DNA from: an uncultured Thermoleophilaceae bacterium | GTDB lineage: Bacteria > Actinomycetota > Thermoleophilia > Solirubrobacterales > Thermoleophilaceae | Assembly: GCA_963761505.1 (NCBI GenBank) | Contig: CAVXGW010000014.1 | Location: 94,449 to 158,448, forward strand | Length of the DNA: 64,000 bases | Reading direction: 5' to 3' | In this document: piece after piece, positions 1 through 10,096 of the stretch | How the letters are laid out: each line of letters begins with the position of its first letter | How positions within the stretch are numbered: the stretch's first letter is position 1 | Made by a program: the position numbers and the translations under genes | Notes under the pieces: generated by a model | What the model was told of the DNA's origin: nothing | Database searches by the model: none | What the model saw: the letters and a program-made list of their open reading frames with translations, nothing else

Positions 1-902
1 TCGCCTGAGAGGGGATCACGTTGATCTTCTCCGAGGCGCTGGCCATGGTCGGCGCCAGGGTCACCCCGAGCATCGGCTCCAGGAGCACGGCGACCATCGG
101 ATTGGTGGCCTCGACCTCCGCCAGCGCCTCGGCGAGGTCATCCCTGGCCACGCCGATCGCGTCGAGGAACGCGTCCGGCTCGGGCGAGCTCTCCGGCACC
201 ACGCGGCCGTCCGCGAGCGCCTCGAGCGCCGGCGCCAGCTTCACGAGCGCGTTGTCGCCGATGCGCGGGATCGATGCGTGACCCGCGCGGCCCTCCGCCG
301 TGAGCGTGAACCGGAACACGCCCTTCTCTGCCACGCACACGCCGTACAGGCGCTTGCCGGCGTAGTCGAACACCTCGCCGGCGCCCTCGTTCACCACGAT
401 GTCCGCGCGAACCTTGTCGGGCTGCTGCTCGCACAGCCACTTCGCCCCGTGCTCCGCGCCCGTCTCCTCGTCGGCGGTCACCACCAGCTTCAGCTCGCCC
501 TGCTGGGGCCGCCACCCCTCCTCGGCCAGCGCCACCGCGGCGGCCACCTCGGCCGCCACCTGGCTCTTCATGTCCAGCGCGCCGCGGCCCCAGACGCAGC
601 CGTCCTTGAGCTCGCCCGACCACGGGTCCACGTCCCACTCGGCCGGGTTGGCGAGCACGGTGTCCACGTGGCCCAGCAGGCACAGCACGGGCCCGTCGGA
701 CTCCGCCTTCAGCGACGCGACCAGGTTCGGCCTGCCCTCGACGGCGGAAAGCAGCTCCGCGTGGAAGCCGGCCCCCTCGAGCATCTCCTTCAGGAACTGC
801 TGGAGCGCCTGCTCGTTCCCAGGCGGGTTGACCGTGTTGAAGCTGGATCAGGCGCTGCAGCAGCTCGGTGGTGCGGCGCTCCAGGTCGGCCGGGTCGGGC
901 AC
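1..902 (-). pseudogene. M20 family metallopeptidase (ArgE/DapE/ACY1-like); 3' end lies beyond the window; frame disruption near 842-846
   Basis: Minus-strand translation from ATG at 902 gives MPDPADLERRTTELLQRLIQ. After a 1-nt shift it continues FNTVNPPGNEQALQQFLKEMLEGAGF...LLGHVDTV...WGRGALDMK...VVNEGAGE. This is a typical M20 N-terminus with metal-site motifs. The long frame is absent from the ORF track because it runs off the window. Confidence 0.8.
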
Positions 903-980
903 GGTTCGAGTATTTCAGGCGTCAGGCCTCGGGTTGGGCTCCGGACCACAGGCCACCGACCACCGACCACCGACCGGTCT

Positions 981-2298
981 TTAGGCCGGGAACATCTTCC
1001 TGCTCTTCCATAGCCAGCGGAGATCGCCGCGGTAGCGCATCCGTCCCCGCAGCACGAGCTTGCGGGGGTCCTGCCTGCCGGCGGCGACATCCACGAAGTC
1101 CTCGAACGAGGACTTCAGCGTCACGCGCGGGGAGGCGGCGCGGCCAGGCTCGCGCCCGCGTGTCGCCGTTCGCCACCATCACGTGCCAGGGCTCGGCGTC
1201 GCGGAAGTCCCACTGCAGCACGCCGGGCGCGGCGGCCGCGCCGGAATCCAGGCCGCCGGCCACCGTCTCGAACAGCAGCCGCATGTCGGCCGGATCCGTG
1301 GAGGGCGGCCCGACCTTCTCACCGAGGTAGCCGGCGCGCACCATCTTGTGGCCGCGCTCGGCGCGCTCGCGCGCGGTGCCCGGCACGGGGAAGACCGGCG
1401 GGCCGGGCAGCTCGTCGATCGGCAGGCCCGCCGATCGCATCTTCGTCTCGAGCGATGTGGCGCCCTCCTCGCCGATGTCCTCGAGCGTGAAGCCGAAGCA
1501 CTCGATGTAGCGCATGTCCCACTCCGGCGGGATCAGCACGGACGCCGTGTAGGGGATCACCTCGCGCAGGAGGTCGGCCACGGCGTCCGGCACCTCGGGG
1601 TCCATCCTGCGCAGGTCGGACAGCAGCTTCACGCCGAATCCGATGTGGCGCTGCTCGTCGGCCGCCACCTTCTCCATCCCCTCGCGGAACCCGGGCAGCA
1701 GGTCGCGGTCGTTCAGGTAGCTGGTGATGAAGTGCTGACCCGGCTGGGCGAGCGTGGCCTCGATCACCACGTGGTAGAGGGTGACCGCCGCGGCCAGGCG
1801 CGGGATCGACGGGTCCTTGCGCAGCTCGTCGGACATCGTGACCAGCCGGTCGAAGATCTGGTTGAAGCCCCAGGTGAGCTCGGGCTTGATCGCGTGGAGG
1901 CTGTCTCCCACGCTGTCGCCGCCGACCCCCACGACCTCCTTCATGAAGCGGTTGAAGAAGACGGCGTGGCGGGCCTCGTCCACCTGCTGGGTGGTGAGGA
2001 AGTACTTCTGCTCCTCCAGCGGCGCGGCGTCCACGTACGGCGACAGCCCGTCGGCCACCGCGTCCTCGCCCCAGAAGAACAGGCAGTAGTTCCAGTAGGC
2101 GGCCTTGCGCTCGAGCTCGGAGAAGTCGGCCTGCCACTGCTCGGCGTCGCGGGAGAAGTCGATCGCGGTGGCCTTCCAGTTGCCGTTCTCCCAGCGGCGG
2201 TAGAGATCCTCGTAGGTGATGTTGTCGAGCGCTGATGCCGCCTGGGGGCTCGCGCCCCCAGGCCCCCGCTCAACCTTGCCAACCGCAATCTTGCTCAT
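981..2298 (-). pseudogene. Ferritin-like di-iron protein (RNR R2-like) fused to a C-terminal SCP2 sterol-carrier domain; frame disruption near 1150
   Basis: ORF 922..2331 shows R2-like helices (QQVDEARHAVFF, AADEQRHIGFG). After ...HVMVANGDT the listed frame becomes Arg-rich nonsense. Another frame reads EPGRAASPRVTLKSSFEDFVDVAAGRQDPRKLVLRGRMRYRGDLRWLWKSRKMFPA and stops at TAA 981-983, a typical SCP2 C-terminus. Start taken at ATG 2298 (MSKIAVGK). Confidence 0.7.
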
Positions 2299-2333
2299 GT
2301 CAGTGGTACCTTTGTTCCGGTTTGTCGGCACGA

Positions 2334-2933
2334 ATGTACCAAAAGGGCGAGCGGCGCAGGGAGGAGATCCTGCGCGCCACCCTTCGGGTGATCGGCGCGC
2401 ACGGGGCTGACGCCGTGACCCACCGCGCGGTGGCCGCCGAGGCGGGCGTGCCGCTGTCGGCCACCACCTACTACTTCGCCTCCAAGGACGAGCTGCTCGA
2501 GCAGACCCTCCTGCTGGCCGCGCGCGAGGAGACCGAGCGGATCGAGCGGCTGGTGCTCGAGCTGGCGCCCCAGGAGCTGACCGCCGCCGACTGGGCCGCG
2601 GGGGTGGCGGCGATGATCGCGGCCGACATCCGCGAGGAGCCCGACCGCCACGTGGCGCTGTTCGAGCTGGGCCTCGAGGCCACGCGCACCGAGCTCCTGC
2701 GGGGCGAGCTGCAGCGCTGGCAGGAGGCTCACATCCGGCTCGCCGAGCTGGGCTGCCGAGCGGTCGGCTCCGACGAGCCCGAGCTGGACGCGCGGATCGT
2801 GGTGGCGGCGCTCACGGGCCTGATGCTCGAGCAGCTCGCCTCCGGCAGCGAGGACTTCGAGGACGAGGTGCTGCGTCCCTCGCTGGAGCGGCTGTTCTCG
2901 CGGCTCGCGGCCGGCGAGCGCATCGCCGTGTAG
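2334..2933 (+). CDS. TetR/AcrR family transcriptional regulator
   Basis: N-terminal HTH ILRATLRVIGAHGADAVTHRAVAAEAGVPLSATTYYFASKDELL. Divergent from the R2-like/SCP2 gene with about 35 bp between starts. Confidence 0.85.
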   Translation: MYQKGERRREEILRATLRVIGAHGADAVTHRAVAAEAGVPLSATTYYFASKDELLEQTLLLAAREETERIERLVLELAPQELTAADWAAGVAAMIAADIREEPDRHVALFELGLEATRTELLRGELQRWQEAHIRLAELGCRAVGSDEPELDARIVVAALTGLMLEQLASGSEDFEDEVLRPSLERLFSRLAAGERIAV

Positions 2934-2944
2934 CCTCGCGCCGG

Positions 2945-3745
2945 GTGCCGACCTTCGACGGGATCGCCTACCGCGAGGCCGGGCCGGCAGAGGGCCCGGC
3001 CGTGCTGATGCTGCACGGCTACCCCGAGTCCTCGTGGATGTGGCGCGCCCCGATGGAGGCCGCCGCGTCGCAGGGGTGGCACGCGGTGGCGCCCGATCTG
3101 CCCGGGTTCGGAGACTCCGCCCCGGATCCACCCGGGACCTGGGAGCACCACGTGGAGCACGTGGAGCGCCTGCGCGCGGGCCTGGGCCTGGACGACCTCG
3201 TGCTGGTGGTGCACGACTGGGGCGCCCTGATCGGCCTGCGCTGGGCCTGCGAGCACCCCGGGCACGTCCGCGCGCTCGCGATCTCCTGCTCGGGCTTCTT
3301 CCCCGACGGCAAGTGGCACGGCATGGCGCGCGGGCTGCGCGAGGAGGGCACCGGCGAGCAGCTGGTGGGAGACATGACGCGCGCCAACTTCGGCGGTCTC
3401 ATGGCGTGGGCGAGCCCCGGCATGGACGAGCAGACGATCGACGAGTTCTGGAAGTGCTTCGGTGACGACGCGCGGCGGGCGGCCCAGCTGGAGATGTACC
3501 GCTCGGGCGACTTCGACAAGATCGCCGAGCACGACGGCAAGCTCGCCGCGATGGGCGTGCCGACCCTGCTGCTGTGGGGCAGCGAGGACCAGTTCGCGCC
3601 CCTGGCGGGCGGGCATCGCTTCGAGCGCGAGATCCCCCACTCCGAGCTGGTGGTGATCGAGGGCGCGGGCCATTTCATCTGGGAGGACGAGCCGCAGCGC
3701 TGCACCCGCGAACTGGCGCGGTTCCTGCAGTCCCTCTCCGCTTAG
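2945..3745 (+). CDS. Alpha/beta hydrolase (haloalkane dehalogenase / epoxide hydrolase-like)
   Basis: LMLHGYPESS, nucleophile elbow VVHDWGALIG, C-terminal GAGHFIWEDEP; 266 aa ORF. Confidence 0.85.
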   Translation: MPTFDGIAYREAGPAEGPAVLMLHGYPESSWMWRAPMEAAASQGWHAVAPDLPGFGDSAPDPPGTWEHHVEHVERLRAGLGLDDLVLVVHDWGALIGLRWACEHPGHVRALAISCSGFFPDGKWHGMARGLREEGTGEQLVGDMTRANFGGLMAWASPGMDEQTIDEFWKCFGDDARRAAQLEMYRSGDFDKIAEHDGKLAAMGVPTLLLWGSEDQFAPLAGGHRFEREIPHSELVVIEGAGHFIWEDEPQRCTRELARFLQSLSA

Positions 3746-3782
3746 CGCGGCGAGAGCCGCGCGCTGACAAACTCCCGCCTCG

Positions 3783-5084
3783 ATGGAGCGCCTCTTCGAC
3801 GAGGACGAGACCCCTCGCGGCCAGACCCGCGTGCCGGCCGGCGACCAGCCGCTGGCTGCACGCATGCGGCCGGCGTCGCTCGACGAGTTCGCCGGCCAGG
3901 CGCACCTGCTCGAACCGGGATCGGCGCTGCGGTCGGCGATCGAGGAGGGCCGGCCGCACTCGATGCTGCTCTACGGCCCGCCCGGCTCGGGCAAGACCAC
4001 GATGGCGCGGCTGATGGCCGTGAACGCCAGCGCCGCGTTCGAGGAGCTCTCGGCCGTGAACGCGGGCCGCCAGGAGGTGCGCGACGTGATCGAGCGCGCC
4101 CAGCACCGCCGCGCCACCAGCGGCGAGCCCACGATCCTGTTCCTGGACGAGATCCACCGCTTCAACAAGGCGCAGCAGGACACGCTGCTGCCGGCCGTAG
4201 AGGAGGGACTGGTGACGCTCGTGGGCGCCACCACCGAGAACCCCTACTTCGAGGTGAACTCGGCGCTGATCTCCCGCACGCGGATCTACGAGCTCGAGGC
4301 CCTGGGCGAGGAGGACGTGGCCGAGCTGCTCCGGCGCGCGCTGGAGGACGAGCGCGGCATCCCCGACCCGCCTCCTGTGGACGACGACGCCCTGGCCTTC
4401 CTTGCGGCGCGCTCGGGCGGCGACGCCCGCACCGCTCTCGCCGCGCTCGAGCTGGCGGCGGAGACGGCCGGCGCGGAGCGCGTGGACCTGGAGGCGGCCG
4501 AGGACGCGCTGCAGCGGCGCGCGATCCTCTACGACAAGGGCGGCGACCGCCACTACGACACGATCTCGGCCTGGATCAAGGCCACCCGCGGCTCGGACCC
4601 CGACGCCTCCCTGCTCTACCTGGCCGAGATGCTCGAGGGCGGCGAGGACCCCCGCTTCATCGTCCGCCGGATGGTGATCCTCGCGAGCGAGGACATCGGC
4701 AACGCGGATCCGCAGGCTCTGCAGGTGGCCGTGGCGGCCGCGCACGCGGTGGAGCACGTGGGCCTGCCCGAATGTGCGCACAACCTGGCGCAGGCGGCGG
4801 TGTATCTCGCGATCGCGCCCAAGTCCAATGCCTCCTACGAGGCGCTCAAGCGCGCCCGCGCGTGGGTGCGAGACCACGGCGCGCCCTCACCCCCGCCCCC
4901 TCTGCGCAGCAGCGACGGTGAGGGCTACGACTATCCCCATGACCATCCCGAGGGCGTGTCCGCGCAGGAGCTGATGCCGCCCGAGGCCGAGGGCGAGCGC
5001 TTCCTGGAGCTCTCGGACCACGGCGCCGAGAAGGCCATGGCGGAGCGCCTGGAGCGGATCCGGCGCGCCCGTGGGCGGGATTGA
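3783..5084 (+). CDS. rarA: Replication-associated recombination protein A (AAA+ ATPase RarA/MgsA)
   Basis: Walker [10 protein letters not shown], Walker [25 protein letters not shown], and the MgsA C-terminal domain ([28 protein letters not shown]). Confidence 0.9.
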   Translation: MERLFDEDETPRGQTRVPAGDQPLAARMRPASLDEFAGQAHLLEPGSALRSAIEEGRPHSMLLYGPPGSGKTTMARLMAVNASAAFEELSAVNAGRQEVRDVIERAQHRRATSGEPTILFLDEIHRFNKAQQDTLLPAVEEGLVTLVGATTENPYFEVNSALISRTRIYELEALGEEDVAELLRRALEDERGIPDPPPVDDDALAFLAARSGGDARTALAALELAAETAGAERVDLEAAEDALQRRAILYDKGGDRHYDTISAWIKATRGSDPDASLLYLAEMLEGGEDPRFIVRRMVILASEDIGNADPQALQVAVAAAHAVEHVGLPECAHNLAQAAVYLAIAPKSNASYEALKRARAWVRDHGAPSPPPPLRSSDGEGYDYPHDHPEGVSAQELMPPEAEGERFLELSDHGAEKAMAERLERIRRARGRD

Positions 5085-5130
5085 CCAGCTGATAACCGAC
5101 GCGCCCGGGGCGGTCGTTACCGTGAATTGC

Positions 5131-5679
5131 ATGGTCCCGGCCGACCCTGGAACGCTTCTGTCCACCGTGCACACGGTGGGCTCGGAGCTGCGCGTGCGGC
5201 TGCGCCTCGCGCGCCCCAGCGACGCCCAGCGGCTGCAGGAGTTCCTCGACGGGCTCAGCGCCGACAGCCGCCACCGGCGCTTCTTCGTCTCCACCCCGCG
5301 GATCTCCGAGACGCTGGTGCGCCACTTCACCTTCTACGACCCGCGCGAACGCCTGGTGGTGGCCGCCGTGACGATGGTGGACCACCGGGAGCAGATCGTG
5401 GGCCTGGCCGACGTGGCGCTGGTGGAGACCGGCATGGCGGAGCTGGGGCTGGTGGTGGGCGACGAGCTTCAGGGAGAGGGCATCGGGAAGCTGCTGACCG
5501 AGGCGATCGCAGCGCTGGCCGCCCGCCAGGGAGCGACCCACCTGAGGGCGGAGCTGCTCGAGGGCAACGAGCCGATGCAGGCGCTGCTGAGGCGGATCGG
5601 GCGCACGGTGCAGACGGTCGAGGACGGGGTGTCGGTGGCGATCACCCGGCTGCCGGCCACGCGACGGCGAGCGGCGTAG
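5131..5679 (+). CDS. GNAT family N-acetyltransferase (start uncertain; GTG 5071 is also possible)
   Basis: LGLVVGDELQGEGIGKLLTEAIAALAARQGATHLRAELLEGNEPMQALLRRIG matches the acetyl-CoA binding Q/RxxGxG/A core. Confidence 0.65.
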   Translation: MVPADPGTLLSTVHTVGSELRVRLRLARPSDAQRLQEFLDGLSADSRHRRFFVSTPRISETLVRHFTFYDPRERLVVAAVTMVDHREQIVGLADVALVETGMAELGLVVGDELQGEGIGKLLTEAIAALAARQGATHLRAELLEGNEPMQALLRRIGRTVQTVEDGVSVAITRLPATRRRAA

Positions 5680-5732
5680 GCCTCGCCCCGGGTTTAGTCC
5701 AGCGCCCGGCGGGCCACACTCCGCTTAGGGGA

Positions 5733-6812
5733 ATGACCGCGAGCGTCGGGAGACTGGGTTTGGCATCCGCGCTCGCCGTGGCCGCCGCGCTTGCGGCGAT
5801 GCCCAGCGGGGCCGGGGCGGCGCCGCTCTGCGACAGCTACGCCAGCCCCGCCGGGAGCGACTCGGCACCCGGCACCGCGGCGGCCCCCTACCGGTCGGTC
5901 AAGAAGGCGATCGAGAGCCTGACCCCCGGCTCCACCGCCTGTCTGCGGGGCGGCACCTACCCGGGGCCCGACAACGGCGCAGCCGTGCCCTCGCCTCTCT
6001 ACATGGACGACGCCGACAGCACCCTCCGGGGCTTCCCGGGCGAGACCGCGACGGTGGACGCTCGCGTCGAGCTGACCGGCGCCCGCACCACGGTCACCGA
6101 GCTCACGATCGACACCGCCACCCTCAACACCACCGTCACCCCGCTCAAGCTCGTGGGCGACGGCTCGCGGCTGTCGCACAGCCGGGTGACCGGCCACCTG
6201 CGCCTCGGCACCTGCGTCCAGGTCGGCAGCGGCAGCGCCAAGCCCTCCGGCATCGTCGTGGAACACAACGAGATCTACGGCTGCGGCGCGGACGAGGGCG
6301 GGCAGAACAAGTTCGACCACAACGTCTACGTCACCCGCGCCCGCGACGCGGTGGTGCGCTGGAACGTGCTCCACGACAACGCCGGGGGCTGGGGCGTGCA
6401 CCTCTACCCGGACGCCGACGGCACGCTGGTGGAGCACAACATGATCGACTCCGACCACGGGGGCGTGGTGTTCGCCGGCGACGGGTCGGGCGCCACCTCG
6501 GACGACAACGAGGTCCGCCTCAATTCGATCACCTACCCCGACACGGGTGGGGGCCAGCCGCGCTACAACCTCGAGGGCTCATGGTCGGGCGGGCCCAAGG
6601 GCACCGGCAACGTCGCCGAGGCCAACTGCCTCCATTCCGCCGGCGCCGGCGGCCCGTCGGGCATCCAGGACCCGCCGTCCGGGTTCAGCGCCTCGAACAA
6701 CGTGGTGATGACGGCCGGCGCGGACGGCGACGGCGTGGTGGACCCGTTCCGCCTGTGGGCGAACAACCCGTGCTCCGCAGCGCCGCGGATCACGGCCGGG
6801 CCACATCCCTAG
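5733..6812 (+). CDS. Secreted right-handed parallel beta-helix repeat protein
   Basis: Signal peptide MTASVGRLGLASALAVAAALAAMPSGAGA. Repeated short beta-helix turns (HNEIYGCG, HNVYV, VRWNVLHDN, VEHNMIDSD, DDNEVRLN). Only the C-terminal 360 codons of ORF 5127..6812 look real. Confidence 0.65.
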   Translation: MTASVGRLGLASALAVAAALAAMPSGAGAAPLCDSYASPAGSDSAPGTAAAPYRSVKKAIESLTPGSTACLRGGTYPGPDNGAAVPSPLYMDDADSTLRGFPGETATVDARVELTGARTTVTELTIDTATLNTTVTPLKLVGDGSRLSHSRVTGHLRLGTCVQVGSGSAKPSGIVVEHNEIYGCGADEGGQNKFDHNVYVTRARDAVVRWNVLHDNAGGWGVHLYPDADGTLVEHNMIDSDHGGVVFAGDGSGATSDDNEVRLNSITYPDTGGGQPRYNLEGSWSGGPKGTGNVAEANCLHSAGAGGPSGIQDPPSGFSASNNVVMTAGADGDGVVDPFRLWANNPCSAAPRITAGPHP

Positions 6813-7640
6813 CTACACCGCGGCAAGCGGCGTAGGCCGCTCGACCAGGGCGCGCAGGTCCTCCGGGTCCCGCGCTCGCGAGAAGCGAAAGCCCTGCGCC
6901 AGGTCACAGCCGAGGTGGCGCAGCTCGGCGAGCTGCAACTCGGTCTCGACGCCCTCGGCCACCACGCCCAGCCCGAGCGCGTGTGCCAGCTGGATCACCG
7001 CGCGGACGATCGCCTGGTCGTCGCGCCTGCGCCCCAGGCCTTCCACGAACACCGCGTCGACCTTCAGCGAGTCCACCGGGAGCACGCGCAGGTACGCCAG
7101 GGAGGAGTAGCCGGTGCCGAAGTCGTCGATCGAGAGCCCGACTCCCATCCCGCCGAGCGCCGCCACGCTCGCGGCGGTGGCGGGCCCGTCGACCATGAGC
7201 GTGCGCTCGGTGATCTCGAGGCAGAGGGAGCCCGGTTCCACGCCCGTGCTGTCGAGCACGTCGCGGACGACCTCCGGCAGCGCCGGGCTGAGCAGCTGCT
7301 CAGGCGACAGGTTCACGGACATCGTGAGCGGCGGCTCACCGGGACGGGCATCCTCCCAGCGCCGAGCCTGCCGGCATGCCTTCTCGAGCACCACCTCACC
7401 GAGCGGGACCACCAGGCCGGTCTCCTCCGCGAGCGGAATGAACTCCGACGGCGCCAGCAGCCCGCGCTCCGGATGACGCCAGCGCGCCAGGGCCTCGAAG
7501 CCCACGAGCATCCCGCTCAGCAGGCTCACCTGCGGCTGATAGTGCACCACCAGCTCGTCGCGACGCAATGCGGCAGCCAACTCGCGCTCGTCCGGTGCGC
7601 CCGGCTGCAAAGCCCCCCTACCTGATCCGTACGCATCCAT
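6813..7640 (-). CDS. Stand-alone EAL domain protein (putative c-di-GMP phosphodiesterase)
   Basis: YQPQV, EALARW, CLEITE, SIDDFGTGYSSLAYL, LKVD, AEGVETELQ, QGF; no sensor or GGDEF part. Confidence 0.85.
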   Translation of the reverse strand: MDAYGSGRGALQPGAPDERELAAALRRDELVVHYQPQVSLLSGMLVGFEALARWRHPERGLLAPSEFIPLAEETGLVVPLGEVVLEKACRQARRWEDARPGEPPLTMSVNLSPEQLLSPALPEVVRDVLDSTGVEPGSLCLEITERTLMVDGPATAASVAALGGMGVGLSIDDFGTGYSSLAYLRVLPVDSLKVDAVFVEGLGRRRDDQAIVRAVIQLAHALGLGVVAEGVETELQLAELRHLGCDLAQGFRFSRARDPEDLRALVERPTPLAAV

Positions 7641-7742
7641 GTACGGCCACCTCCGTAGGCTCCGTTGCGGTTCGAATGTACTCCGCCCTCACCCCACCCA
7701 CCACCGGGTCTTCACCCCATAGGTGAGAATGCCTCCCTGCCC

Positions 7743-9326
7743 GTGAGCGCACCCGCAACCACAGCCCCGCTCGAGTCGTTCAGCCCGATCGACGGACGCC
7801 TGCTCGGCGCGGTGGAGACCGTGGCGCCCGCCGACGTGCAGGCGATCGTGAACGACGTGGCCGAGGTGCAGCCGTACTGGGCCGCGCTGCCGGTGGCCGA
7901 GCGCGGGCGCTACATGCGCCGCGCGGCGCAGGTGATCATCGACAGCCTCGACGAGCTGTCGGAGCTGCTCACGCGCGAGCAGGGCAAGCCGCGCAACGAG
8001 TCCTACGCGATGGAGCTGCTGCCCACGATCGATTCGCTGCACTGGATCGCCGGGACGGGGCCGGAGATCCTGGCCGACGAGAAGGTCGGGCTGCCGATCT
8101 TCCTGAAGCAGAAGCGGGCGAAGTTCGCCTACGAGCCGCTCGGCGTCGTGGGGGTGATCGCGCCCTGGAACTATCCCTGGTCGATCCCCTTCGGCGAGGT
8201 GGCGATAGCGCTGATGTGCGGCAACGGCGTGGTGCTCAAGCCCGCGTCGCTCACGCCGCTGATCGGTCAGCGGATCCAGTCGGTGTTCGAGCGCGCGGGA
8301 CTGCCGGAGGGCCTGGTGCGCACCGTGCACGGCGGGGGTGCCGTGGGGCAGGCGCTGGTGGAGTCCAGCGCGGCGAAGATCTTCTTCACCGGGTCGGTCG
8401 AGGTGGGACGCGGCGTGGGCGTGGCGTGCGCGGAGCGGATGAAGGGGTCCGTGCTCGAGCTGGGCGGCAAGGACCCGATGATCGTGCTGGCCGATGCGAA
8501 CCTCTCGAACGCCGTGGGCGGCGCGCTGTGGGGCGGGTTCGCCAACGCCGGTCAGACGTGCTCGGGCATCGAGCGCGTGTACGTGGTGCGCGAGGTGGCC
8601 GAGCGGTTCACCGACGCGCTCGTGGCGGGCGCGCGAGCGCTCCGCGTGGGCGATCCGCTGGACTGGAGCACCGAGATAGGGCCGATGGTGTCCCGCGACC
8701 AGTTCGACCTCGTGCGCGAGCTGGTGGACGACGCGGTGGCGTCGGGCGCGCGACTGCACTGCGGCGGCCCGGTGGACGGTCCGACCGAGGGGGACTGGTT
8801 CGCGCCGGCCGTGCTCACGGGCGTGAGCCACGACATGCGGATCATGCGCGAGGAGATCTTCGGACCGGTGGTGCCGGTGGTCACGGTGGCCTCCGAGGAC
8901 GAGGCGATCGCGCTGGCCAACGACTCCGACTTCGGCCTGGGCGCCTCGGTGTGGACGGCCAACCGGGCGCACGGCGAGCGGATCGCGCGGCGGATCGAGG
9001 CCGGCATGGTCTGGGTGAACGACCACATGTACTCCCACGGCGCGTGCTCCTGCGCGTGGGGCGGGGTCAAGGACTCCGGCCTGGGCCGCTCGCACTCCAA
9101 GTTCGGCTTCTACGAGTGCGTGAACGTGAAGCTGCTCTCGTGGGACCCGTCGCTCGCGCCCAACTTCTGGTGGCACCCCTACGACGGCGCGCTCGGGCGG
9201 GCGCTGGACGCCTCCGCCAAGCTGCTCTACGGCCGCGACGACGACAAGGCGGAGGCCCTGCGCCGCGGCGCCCCCGCCTACGCGCGGATCGCGCGCAAGG
9301 TGCTCGGCGGCGCGATCCGCGGCTAG
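7743..9326 (+). CDS. NAD(P)-dependent aldehyde dehydrogenase
   Basis: [17 protein letters not shown], catalytic VLELGGKDP and [19 protein letters not shown]. Start set at in-frame GTG 7743 (TTG 7665 is also open). Confidence 0.85.
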   Translation: MSAPATTAPLESFSPIDGRLLGAVETVAPADVQAIVNDVAEVQPYWAALPVAERGRYMRRAAQVIIDSLDELSELLTREQGKPRNESYAMELLPTIDSLHWIAGTGPEILADEKVGLPIFLKQKRAKFAYEPLGVVGVIAPWNYPWSIPFGEVAIALMCGNGVVLKPASLTPLIGQRIQSVFERAGLPEGLVRTVHGGGAVGQALVESSAAKIFFTGSVEVGRGVGVACAERMKGSVLELGGKDPMIVLADANLSNAVGGALWGGFANAGQTCSGIERVYVVREVAERFTDALVAGARALRVGDPLDWSTEIGPMVSRDQFDLVRELVDDAVASGARLHCGGPVDGPTEGDWFAPAVLTGVSHDMRIMREEIFGPVVPVVTVASEDEAIALANDSDFGLGASVWTANRAHGERIARRIEAGMVWVNDHMYSHGACSCAWGGVKDSGLGRSHSKFGFYECVNVKLLSWDPSLAPNFWWHPYDGALGRALDASAKLLYGRDDDKAEALRRGAPAYARIARKVLGGAIRG

Positions 9327-9373
9327 CCCGCGCCATAGGTCTAGACTCCTTTCGACCATGCCTGCCCAGGCCT

Positions 9374-10096
9374 ATGCAGGAAAGGAATGCGTCTGCCAGC
9401 TCCGCAAGGGGATCTGCGATCAGAGCTGCGTGCAGGGCATGCTCGACACGCCCGTTCTACATCGCGTGCCTGAAGCTCACCGGTCGCAGGTGCCTGGTGG
9501 TGGGCGGCGGCGACATCGGCCTGGAGAAGGTCGAGGGGCTGCTGGCCTGCGACGGCGACGTGACCCTGGTGGCGCCCGACGCGATCGAGCCGCTGCAGGC
9601 GCTGGCCGAGGAGGGCTCGATCACCTGGGAGCGACGCGCGTACGACCCGTCGATGCTCGAGGGCACGTTCATGGTGATCGCCGCCACGAACGACAGCGAG
9701 GTGAACATCGGCATCTACGAGGACGCCGAGCGGCGGGCGATGCTCGTGAACGTGGTGGACGTGCCGCCGCTGTGCAACTTCATCCTGCCCGCGATCATCC
9801 GCACCGGGCCGCTGGCGATCGCGATCTCCACGGCGGGCGCCTCCCCCGCGCTGGCCAAGCGGATCCGCAACGAGATCGCCGACGAGTACGGCGAGCCCTA
9901 CGCGAAGCTGGCGATCATGCTCAACGAGGTGCGCGGCTGGGCCAAGGCCACGCTGCCCACCTACCAGGACCGCAAGGCGTTCTTCGAGTCGATCGTGAAC
10001 GGCGAGCCGGATCCCGTGGAGCTGCTCCGCCAGGGCGACGAGGCGGCCGTGCGCGACCTGATCGAGGCCGCCAGGCGAACCGCCGCCCCGGCCTAG
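9374..10096 (+). CDS. Precorrin-2 dehydrogenase / sirohydrochlorin ferrochelatase (SirC / CysG N-terminal domain-like)
   Basis: [30 protein letters not shown] Rossmann start, [32 protein letters not shown]. Start uncertain. MLDTP in another frame just upstream could indicate one more frame error. Confidence 0.75.
   Translation: MQERNASASSARGSAIRAACRACSTRPFYIACLKLTGRRCLVVGGGDIGLEKVEGLLACDGDVTLVAPDAIEPLQALAEEGSITWERRAYDPSMLEGTFMVIAATNDSEVNIGIYEDAERRAMLVNVVDVPPLCNFILPAIIRTGPLAIAISTAGASPALAKRIRNEIADEYGEPYAKLAIMLNEVRGWAKATLPTYQDRKAFFESIVNGEPDPVELLRQGDEAAVRDLIEAARRTAAPA

Noticed and set aside
5127-5732. N-terminal extensions of several track ORFs: 5127..6812, 8216..10096, 16372..17856, 24742..26439, 12502..13467, 38504..40474, 39178..40971, 20890..22905, 21101..22495.
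   Set aside because: Only the C-terminal parts carry signal peptides or family motifs. The upstream parts overlap other well-supported genes in different frames and read as Arg-rich noise. They are open frames, not coding sequence.
9335-9342. The GTCTAGAC palindrome after the aldehyde dehydrogenase stop as a second iteron or mobile-element end.
   Set aside because: It is a single 8-bp occurrence with no flanking repeats or compositional shift. It is mentioned only as a possible relative of the 30848-30884 array.
7689-9359. Very long antisense ORFs opposite clearly conserved genes. Examples: 7689..9359, 1060..2235, 26392..28245, 35008..36558, 41332..42510, 51722..53260, 53518..55029, 59841..60992.
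   Set aside because: Their products are Arg/Gly/Ala/Pro-rich low-complexity strings with no motifs. The opposite strand encodes unmistakable enzymes (aldehyde dehydrogenase, GalT-like, M23, PBP1A, TreT, OtsA, PurA). Long stop-free shadow frames are expected at this GC content.
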